From Dehalococcoidia bacterium (GTDB taxonomy: Bacteria; Chloroflexota; Dehalococcoidia; Bin125), in the NCBI GenBank assembly GCA_963662615.2, contig CAXXSR010000001.1, forward strand, positions 1,568,001-1,632,000: a DNA stretch of 64,000 nucleotides, given 5' to 3'. Positions 10,917 through 18,967 of the stretch are shown piece after piece. The first letter of the stretch is position 1; each line of letters begins with the position of its first letter. Under the pieces are notes generated by a model. The model worked only from the letters and a program-made list of their open reading frames with translations. It made no database searches and was not told the DNA's origin. Position numbers and translations under genes: made by a program.

Positions 10917-11061
10917 CCGAACGCCGAATCAGGTCGCGGAGCGCTACCCACCCCTGCTTCCTCTCCGGCGCCTGTTCTTTGATCATCCGCGCTAAGTCCG
11001 GGTTTCGGACCTTGCCATCCTCGTAGGACGGCCGGGGCTGCCGTGACGGTGTCCCACCCAT
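10900..11061 (-). CDS. Small 53-aa hypothetical passenger protein of the IS
   Basis: MGGTPSRQPRPSYEDGKVRNPDLARMIKEQAPERKQGWVALRDLIRRSARRSA; extended -10 TGnTATTCT 6 nt upstream of the ATG. Confidence 0.45.
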   Translation of the reverse strand: MGGTPSRQPRPSYEDGKVRNPDLARMIKEQAPERKQGWVALRDLIRRSARRSA

Positions 11062-13340
11062 GCTCGAAGAATATCACGCCCCCACCGTCGCCAGGACTCT
11101 AGTAAGGTACGTGCTATGCGGGGATAGTCACGGATTAATTATTTCGATGAAAGATCCGGCGAAGATTTCGTGACCGTGCTGCCCGGCCCGTTCACGGCCG
11201 GCAAAGTCGACTTCGAGGATCTCGCGTCGCAAGTCACCATCAGCAGCCCTCTTGAGATATCCGATCTCGCTATCGGCGACGCGAATCTAGACGGCGTCAA
11301 CGACCTCCTGGCGGGGTTGCCAGGCTTTGGCCTGGTCTCTTTGATCCCGGGTCAGGTCATCGGCCCCACCTGTTGTGCGGACATCTTTCTCCTCAATGAG
11401 CGGTGGTTCGCAGGCTTCGCCGACATCTCCTTCGGCGTCTCCGTGGCGGTCGCCGACTACGATGGGGACGGACTCTCCGATGTCCTGATTGGCTCATTCG
11501 GAGACTCCGACAGCCAGCGAGCGGACACGGACGGGGCCGGATCCGCCATCGGGTTCGCGGCGGCGGACCAGGGTCCCCAGGTCAACGGCGTGCGGCCGTC
11601 GATCGGGGAGGCGGGCGCCGGCACGGAGGTCGAGATCTGGGGATACGGCTTCGCCAATCCGACCGTTTCCTTCCGCGCTGGCGGTACTGAAGTGGAGGTA
11701 GAGACCACACCGGTCTCGCTGGGAAGGATACGCGCCACCGTTCCCGATTCCTTTGAGCCGGGGCTGGTGGACGTGATCGTGCGCACCGACATCGGCGACG
11801 CGATCCTGGAGGACGCCTTCACCGTCCAGCCGGCGCCGCCGCAGCCGCCGGCGACCCGCACGGTTGCGTTGGCGCGCGGCTGGAACCTGGTGGGCTGGAC
11901 CGGCGCCACCGCCGCGCAAGACGCCACAGCGACGATCTCGGGGAGCTTCACAACCCTCTATACATGGGACGCCGCGCAGCAATCGTTCCAGAGCTTGAGC
12001 AGCACCGGCCCCGAGTTCCTCAACACATTGACGGACCTGCAAACCGGTGACGGCGTCTGGATCAACACGCCCAACGGCGGGAGCTGGGAGCAGCCGGCCT
12101 ATCGCGAGCCGCGATCGGCGCCGCTGGCGCCGGGCTTCAACCTGGCGATGTGGACCGGTCCTGACGGCACGGCGGTGGTGGACGCGGTGGCGGGCATCAG
12201 CGGCCAGCTCGAGGTCCTCTTTACCTGGGACGGCGGGCAGCAACGGTTCCTGCGCTACAGCACCACGGGGCCTGACTTCCTCAACGATGCCCTTGTGCTG
12301 AACTTCGGCGACGGCGTCTGGCTGCAGGTGAGCCGCTCCGTGAGCTGGGCGCAGCCGCCGTCTGAAGTGCTTGAGCTTGCACCGGTCGATACCGGGCCTG
12401 AGCCGGCGACGAGCTTCCAGGAGGCGGAGAGTGCCATCGTCCTGGTGGACCAGGGCCTGGGCATCGGCTCAGGGTTCGTCATCAGCGAGACGCAGATCCT
12501 GACGAACACCCACGTGGTAGCGGGAGCGTCATCCGTGACGGTCCGTTTCTTCAACGGCGAGGAACGTCGGGGGCTAGTGACCGCGCGTGATCAAATGCTG
12601 GACGTGGCCGTGATTGAGGTCTCAAACCTGCCCGACGGCGTCCGCCGCCTGGACTGGGAGTCGGCGGAGACGCCGGCGCCCGGCGACGGGGTCTGGGTGT
12701 GGGGCTTCCCGCTCGCATTCGATGTTGGGGCGATTCTCGACATCGACATCTCGTCGCTGAATGCAACCCTCACCACCGGCATCGTCTCGGCCATCCAGAC
12801 GAGCGGGGAGGGGCTCTCGTTCGTCCAGACCGACGCGGCCCTTGAGCGGGGGAACAGCGGCGGTCCAATGATCACCGAGGACGGCCGCGTGATAGGAATC
12901 TCGGCGTTCGAAGTTCGCTTTGCGGAAGGGCAGAACTTCGGCATCAATGTGACCGCCCACCGGGACCGCATCGGAGCCCTTCTCGCCCCCGTCGTTCTGG
13001 AGCCGATTACGCCGGCGCCGATGGTGGACGAGGAGCCAGCGCCGGTGCACCAGTTCTTTGGCAGCACTCAGACAAACTCGGGCGCCTTGCTGGACGGGGT
13101 CCTGGCCCCGGACGGCTCTGTGGTCACCGCCTGGAACGAACAAGGTGAGGCGGTGGGCAGCGCGACCATTGCAGACGGCACCTGGCTGATCGTGGTCGAT
13201 TCCGCGGACGCAGCGACGGTGACCTTCTCGATTGACGGGTCCAGCATGAGCGATCCCATCGAGGTGGCGAGCGGCGCGCTGACGGAGGTCACGCTCGATC
13301 TGGCGAGCGCCGCATTGGTTGGGGCATCGGCGCCGCCGGG

Positions 13341-13583
13341 TTAGCCCTCGACGACGTCGCCGGTGACGGGATCGACGCGGACGCCCTGCTCCGCCGCCCA
13401 GTGCAGGCCGCGCTCGATCTCGTCGGCGGCGCCCTCCAACTCCAAGACCACCCAGCCGAAGCCCGGCTCCACATCCGCCATGCGGATGTTCGTGACCAGG
13501 TTAAACTCTTGGCCCAAGCGGTAGATGATCGGCTCCTCCACGCTCTGCCCCTCAAAGGTGAAGCGAACGCGCTTGGTCGCCAT
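13341..13583 (-). CDS. NIL domain-containing protein
   Basis: MATKRVRFTF....EEPIIYRLGQEFNLVTNIRMADV...GWVVLELEG. Confidence 0.85.
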   Translation of the reverse strand: MATKRVRFTFEGQSVEEPIIYRLGQEFNLVTNIRMADVEPGFGWVVLELEGAADEIERGLHWAAEQGVRVDPVTGDVVEG

Positions 13584-13672
13584 CAGTTGCGCCCTCCCAT
13601 CTCCATCGCGCGGACGGCGCCGGCGGTGCGGGGGAGATTCGGCACGGCGTTTCGTCGCACATGAGTCTCCAC

Positions 13673-14908
13673 CTAGATGCGCTCCGCGCCGGCGAACGCC
13701 TGCTCGAACGACGCCATTGTTCCTTCCACCGGAATCGGCTCCGGCAACCGCCCCGCCAGGGCGTCGGTGGTCTTCAGTCCCCCCCCGGTGAGGAAGACCA
13801 CCGTGGTTCGCTCGCGGTCGATGAGGCCGCTCTCCAGGCCGTTCTGGAGGCCGGCGATCGTCACGCCCCCGGCGGTCTCGGCGAATAAGCCTTCCGTCTC
13901 GCCCAGGAGCTTCATGCCCGCAACAATCTCGTCGTCCGAGGCGACGGTCGCCCCGCCCTGCGTCTCCTGCATGAGTTTGAGCGCGTAGTAGCCGTCGGCG
14001 GGGTTGCCGATGGCGAGGCTTTTGGCGATCGTCTGTGGCTTCACCGGCCGGATATTCATGCTGTCATTGGCCCACGCCTGAGCGATGGGCGAGCAGCCGG
14101 CGGCCTGCGCCCCGAACATGCGCACCGGCGTGTCCTCCACCAGGCCCAGATCCGCCAGCTCCTGCATGCCTTTGTGAATCTTGGTGAAGAGCGAGCCGCT
14201 GGCCATGGGCGCGATGCACTGCTCCGGCTTGCGCCATCCCAGCTGCTCAACGATTTCGAAGCCGAGCGTGCGGCTGCCCTCCGCGTAGTAGGGGCGGACG
14301 TTGATGTTGACGAAGGCCCACTGCCGGCTGTCGGCGAGTTCGGAGCAGAGCCGGTTGACGTCGTCGTAGGAGCCGTTCACGGTGACGATGGTGGGGTCGT
14401 AGATCGCCGACCCCACGACCTTGCTGTGTTCAAGGTCGTGGGGGATGAAGACGACGGCGCGCATGCCGGCCCGGGCGGCGTGCGCGGACACGGCGTTGGC
14501 CAAGTTGCCGGTGGAGGCGCAGGCAAGGGTGCGGAAGCCGAACTGGCGGGCGCGGCTGCTGGCGACGGCGACCACGCGGTCCTTGAACGACCAAGTGGGG
14601 TTCATGGTGTCGTTTTTGATCCAGAGTTCGCGCATCTCCAGCCGCTGGGCCAGGTTGTGCGCGCGGATCAGCGGCGTGAAGCCCACGCCCAGGTCCACAA
14701 TGGAGTCGGCCTCCACCGGGAGTAGGTCAATGTAGCGCCAGATTGAGTGGGGCCCGGCAGCGATCGATTCGCGTGTCAGCCGTCCGCGCATGCGGCTGTA
14801 GTCATAGCGCACCTGTAACGGCCCAAAGCAGCGGTCACAGATGTTGAGGGGGTCGAGCGGGACCTCGTTGCCGCATTCGCGGCAGGCGAGGGAAGTGGCG
14901 TAGGGCAT
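13673..14908 (-). CDS. thrC: Threonine synthase (PLP-dependent)
   Basis: N-terminal CRECG..CDRC, NPTWSFKDR PLP-lysine motif, CASTGN, PMASG; start MPYATSL at 14908. Confidence 0.9.
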   Translation of the reverse strand: MPYATSLACRECGNEVPLDPLNICDRCFGPLQVRYDYSRMRGRLTRESIAAGPHSIWRYIDLLPVEADSIVDLGVGFTPLIRAHNLAQRLEMRELWIKNDTMNPTWSFKDRVVAVASSRARQFGFRTLACASTGNLANAVSAHAARAGMRAVVFIPHDLEHSKVVGSAIYDPTIVTVNGSYDDVNRLCSELADSRQWAFVNINVRPYYAEGSRTLGFEIVEQLGWRKPEQCIAPMASGSLFTKIHKGMQELADLGLVEDTPVRMFGAQAAGCSPIAQAWANDSMNIRPVKPQTIAKSLAIGNPADGYYALKLMQETQGGATVASDDEIVAGMKLLGETEGLFAETAGGVTIAGLQNGLESGLIDRERTTVVFLTGGGLKTTDALAGRLPEPIPVEGTMASFEQAFAGAERI

Positions 14909-15264
14909 GGCAGGATGGCCTTCAGGGACTACCTGGCCAGAGCCAGGGAGGGACGGTCCGCAGCGGGTCCTTCCAGGCTGGAAGGACCCTGGGGCATCGC
15001 CATGGTCAGCGCCATAGTCAGCGCGCTGCAAGTGCTGTGCGGACAGCGGACCAGTCGCATCGTGCGTTGAAGAATCCCACGCAGCCCACGGTCGTGTCAA
15101 TTGAACCGTGCGACGAGCGGGCGCACGAGAGAGGGGGCCTGCGGCGCCCGCGACCGTCGCCACGGCGAGAGGGATCATCCGCGGGAACGGCGGCAGGGGA
15201 TGGGTGCGGTCGGAGCCGCGTCCGGTCAAGGGGGGGACGAAGCGGGCCCGCTCGTGCGAGGCGC

Positions 15265-15558
15265 CTAGATGATGATCGTTTCCTGGGCCAGGCCGTCCAT
15301 GGCCATGACGGCGCCCACGCCCATGCATTGAAAGCCGAAGTCCAGCGCTGCGCGCAGCACCATGTCTGACGTGTCCCCATCCGCGTCAAAGCTCTGCACG
15401 GACTGCAGGAACATCTGCTGGAGGAGAACTTCCCAGACGTCGGCATCCACTTCGGCGTACTGGCGCAGGGTGTCGATCTGAAAGCGGTATTTGCTGGCCA
15501 GGTCGTTGTGCTGGCGCACCCGCTCCTGCAAGGCCGCATAGTCCAGATGCTTGTCCAT
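15265..15558 (-). CDS. Hypothetical 97-aa helical protein
   Basis: RBS GGAGG before ATG at 15558; protein-like composition MDKHLDYAALQERVRQHNDLASKY... Confidence 0.65.
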   Translation of the reverse strand: MDKHLDYAALQERVRQHNDLASKYRFQIDTLRQYAEVDADVWEVLLQQMFLQSVQSFDADGDTSDMVLRAALDFGFQCMGVGAVMAMDGLAQETIII

Positions 15559-15853
15559 GGGGCGCCTCCCGTCTTGCCATCGCGGTCCGGCCGGCGCTGG
15601 GATCGTGCCGCCAACCAGAGCGGGGAATCGTCGTATTAGCAGGATCGAAAGCCAGGAGGGCTGGACGCATAGGGAAAGCCCTCGGCGCCGGCTCAATTGA
15701 CGACGATCTACTCGCGGCAGCCGCCCGCGGACGTGGATCGAGGGGCGTGGGGACTTGTTGAGGCTGCGACGTCGAGCGGGGTGTGACTGGGCCCGGTGAC
15801 GAAGCGGGCCGGCCAAGCGAGGGCAGTCCAGCCCCGACTACCATGCAGACACA

Positions 15854-18800
15854 ATGACGTTCGTCGTAGAGACCGTCGCCAGGCTCGAAGCCGCCGAGGA
15901 GCGGTTGACGGCGCTGCTGGGCGCGCTGCAGCGAGACCCGCTCCAACGCGTCAACGTGCTGACGGGCTCGAACCTGCAGCGAATTGCGTTCCGCCGCCGG
16001 CTGGCGGAAGCGCTGGGGGCGACGGCCAACGTGCGCTTTTTCACGCCCATTGACTTGGCCGTTGCGATCCGACGCTTCAGCGCGAGCCCGTCACGCCAGC
16101 CCCTGCCGGACGGGGCGGAGGCGATCCTGCTGGACGGCATCCTGGCCGACCTCCATCGCGAGGGCCGTCTGCGCCGGCTCGATCCGGGCGTGCACGGCGT
16201 AGATGAAGCGGTGGCGGGGTCGCTGACCGACCTGCGCGAAGGCGCCGTCGGGGCCAGGGAGTATGCGCGTGCCCTGCGAAGGGAAGACGACCCCAAGCTG
16301 CACGATCTGGCGGCCATCTACGGCGAGTTCGACACCGCCATGGCCACGCTCAGCGATCGGTCGAGCCTGTACGAAGACGCGCTGGACCCTCGTGTGCCGG
16401 ACGCCGCCGTGCGGGAGGCGCTGGGCGACGCCCCCCTGGTCGTGATCGGGCTTTACGATGCGCCGGCGGTTCAGGTGAGGCTGCTGGCGCGGTGCGCGGA
16501 CGTCGCCGATGTCCGGGTAGTGCTGGTCGCGCCACCGGATCCCGAATTCGATTTCGCACGCGGGTTCGGCCGCGCCCTGGCGAGGGCCGGCGCGACGGTC
16601 ACTGAAGCCACAGTCGAAGCGAATGCATTCACGGAGAATCCTGCCTACAGCTATTTCAGTGCACCCTCCCGCCAGGCCGAAGCGGAGGAGATCGTGCGGC
16701 GGATCCTGGCGCTGGCGCGAGAGCACAGCCTGCCCTTCAACCAGGTCGCGATTCTGCACCGGCTTGATCGCAGCGAGGACGACTTGCTCTGCGCGGCGCT
16801 GCGGCGCGCGGGCGTGCCCGCCTTCCGCGCGGCCGGGCTGCCGGTCCGACACAGTGCCGCGGGCCAGGCGGCATGGGTCCTGCTGGAGCTGCTGCTGCGC
16901 CCGCCGCAGCGGCACCGGCTGCTGGAGTTCTTCGCCAACCCGGCCCTGGCAGAGACGATTCCGCCCGACGTACGGGCCAAGCCGGTGCTGTGGGAACGGC
17001 ACTCGAAGCAGGCCGGCATGGTGCAGGGGTGGGACCGCTTCCGCGTCCAACTCGATGGCTACGTGAACCGTCTCCGCGACGAAGACCGATCGGCCGTCGC
17101 CATTGAGACGGCGACGGAGTTGCACGACGTTGTGGCGCGCCTGCAGGAGGCGGCGGCACGAGTGGGCGGCTTGACGAGCTGGCGCGAATATTGCGACTGG
17201 TTCCTGGGCATCCTGGACGCCTATCTCGCTCCCGGCTCCGCCGACCGGGACCCGCTCGCGGTGGTGCGCGATCGCGTGGCGGCGCTGGCGCAGCTTGACC
17301 ACGCTGGCATGCAAGTCAACCGGGACCGGTTTCAGCGCGCCGCCACGGGCGCGATCCGGCGAGCGGTGCTGAACGACCCACGACCGCTGGCGGACGGGGT
17401 GTTCGTGGGTAACGTCTCGGCGGCGCGATCGCTGCGCTTCACCGCGGTCTTCCTGGCCGACTGCGGGGAGCGGATCTTCCCCCCGCTGATCCGGCAAGAC
17501 CCGCTGCTGCTGGACGGCGAGCGCGAGCGCCTCAATGCGCGCCTGCGGCGGACGGCGCTGCCGCCCAAGCGCGAACGGCTCCAAGAAGAGCGGATGTTGT
17601 TCCGGCTGGTGGAGCAATCCGCGGGGCGGTTCCTCACGATCTCCTGGGCGCGGCGCTCGAATACGACGGGTGCGCCGAAGTTGCCGTCGCCGCTGCTGCT
17701 GCGGTCGATCCCCCATGAGATCGACGAATTGGCGCGGGTGCAGGAGCTGGAAGCGCAGGGAGTGATCACCAAGTTGCCGGCGCGTCTCGCCGGCGCGGCG
17801 CCGAGCCCCACAGCGGTCGCGGCGGGGGACTGGTCGTCCAGCGCCACGGCGCTGGACGGGTCGGACTTCCGCCTAGCCGTGCTGGAGGCGGCGGGGGGCG
17901 TCCAGGCCGGCCGCTTGCTGCCGCGACTGTGGGACGGCTCCCAGCGCTATGAGCGGGCCCGGAAAGCGCGCAATGACGATCGTTTCAGCGCGTGGGACGG
18001 CGTCCTGCCGCCCGACACTATGGTGGTCGACCCTCTGTCGCAATCGCTCTCGGCGACGGCGCTGGAGACGTACGCAACCTGTCCCTATCGCTACTACCTG
18101 CGACATGTCCTGCGCGTTGGAGCGGTGCCGGAGCCGGGGGAAGCGTTGGAGATGACCCCTCTGGATCGCGGCGCCATGGTGCACCGCATCCTTGAGCGCT
18201 GGGTCCAGGAGGCGCTGGACCGCAAGCAAGAGTGGAAGGCGTTTCTGGCTGATGAGGCGCGTCTGACGCAGATTGCGGAAGAGGAGTTCGAGCGGGAAGG
18301 GCAGGGCGGGCTGGCCGGGCTGCCCACAACGTGGGCCATTGTGCAGGCGGAGGTGCTGGCCGACATGCGCGAGCTGCTGCGTGACGAACGCGAGCGAGCG
18401 GCGCAGGGATACCGTCCACTGGCCACGGAGTTGGAGTTCCAGGGCCTGCCGCTGGCGCTGCCCGATGGCACGAGGCTGACATTCAACGGGCGGATCGATC
18501 GCGTGGATCATCGTGTGGATCAGGGGCGGGACGGGTTCGTCGCCATTGACTACAAGACAGGCCGCGCGCGCAAGGAGGCGACTCAGTACCGCAGCGGCAC
18601 GGCGCTACAGCTGCCCATCTACCTTCAGGCGGTGGCGCGCCACTACGACGCGGATCCGGCATCGGTGGAAGCCGAGTACTGGTACGCGACACGACGCGGG
18701 GAGTTCGCTCGTTCCGCCCTTCGCGGCGCGGACGTCCTGGGCGACGAGCAGTTCTGGGACGCGCTGCGGATCATCACGGAGGGGATCCGGGGGGGGCGGT

Positions 18801-18967
18801 TCTTCCCCTACCCCGGCGAAGGCCGCGGTGCGCGGCGGCGGCCCAACTGCACCTTCTGCGACTACGTCAGCGTCTGCTCCACCGACGTGGACGCGCGCTT
18901 CGACCACAAAAAACGCTTGGACCAGGCGGTCGTGCGCGACTTTCTCAGCATGCAGGCCCGCCAATGA
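15854..18967 (+). CDS. addB: AddB-like helicase-nuclease subunit with RecB-type nuclease and 4Fe-4S cysteines
   Basis: Degenerate helicase N-terminus; LSATALETYATCPYRYY, GRIDRVD, IDYKTG, CTFCDYVSVC. Confidence 0.85.
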   Translation: MTFVVETVARLEAAEERLTALLGALQRDPLQRVNVLTGSNLQRIAFRRRLAEALGATANVRFFTPIDLAVAIRRFSASPSRQPLPDGAEAILLDGILADLHREGRLRRLDPGVHGVDEAVAGSLTDLREGAVGAREYARALRREDDPKLHDLAAIYGEFDTAMATLSDRSSLYEDALDPRVPDAAVREALGDAPLVVIGLYDAPAVQVRLLARCADVADVRVVLVAPPDPEFDFARGFGRALARAGATVTEATVEANAFTENPAYSYFSAPSRQAEAEEIVRRILALAREHSLPFNQVAILHRLDRSEDDLLCAALRRAGVPAFRAAGLPVRHSAAGQAAWVLLELLLRPPQRHRLLEFFANPALAETIPPDVRAKPVLWERHSKQAGMVQGWDRFRVQLDGYVNRLRDEDRSAVAIETATELHDVVARLQEAAARVGGLTSWREYCDWFLGILDAYLAPGSADRDPLAVVRDRVAALAQLDHAGMQVNRDRFQRAATGAIRRAVLNDPRPLADGVFVGNVSAARSLRFTAVFLADCGERIFPPLIRQDPLLLDGERERLNARLRRTALPPKRERLQEERMLFRLVEQSAGRFLTISWARRSNTTGAPKLPSPLLLRSIPHEIDELARVQELEAQGVITKLPARLAGAAPSPTAVAAGDWSSSATALDGSDFRLAVLEAAGGVQAGRLLPRLWDGSQRYERARKARNDDRFSAWDGVLPPDTMVVDPLSQSLSATALETYATCPYRYYLRHVLRVGAVPEPGEALEMTPLDRGAMVHRILERWVQEALDRKQEWKAFLADEARLTQIAEEEFEREGQGGLAGLPTTWAIVQAEVLADMRELLRDERERAAQGYRPLATELEFQGLPLALPDGTRLTFNGRIDRVDHRVDQGRDGFVAIDYKTGRARKEATQYRSGTALQLPIYLQAVARHYDADPASVEAEYWYATRRGEFARSALRGADVLGDEQFWDALRIITEGIRGGRFFPYPGEGRGARRRPNCTFCDYVSVCSTDVDARFDHKKRLDQAVVRDFLSMQARQ

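Larger units (their letters stand above)
8765..11132 (+). mobile_element. IS1595-family insertion sequence with passenger toxin-antitoxin genes
   Basis: 8-bp direct repeat GATTAATT at 8757-8764 and 11133-11140; left end CGTAACTATCCC...AGCACGTA matches the reverse complement of the right end CGTGACTATCCC...AGCACGTA; interior less GC-rich than flanks. Confidence 0.93.
7951..13344 (+). pseudogene. Paralog of the FG-GAP/serine protease surface protein, interrupted by an IS1595-family element
   Basis: RBS GGAGG at 7940, ATG at 7951. Removing 8765-11140 restores ...ADLAINYFDERSGEDFVTVLPGPF... (paralog ADLAINYVDDAGFDSVAIVEGPF) and gives a ~1005-aa ORF; triad TNTHVV, LDVAV, GNSGGP; extra C-terminal domain PVHQFFGS... 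Confidence 0.92.

Noticed and set aside
15854-18967. Cas4 or defence nuclease (4Fe-4S RecB-type domain)
   Set aside because: It is the C-terminus of an AddB-like subunit coupled to AddA, an ordinary recombination system
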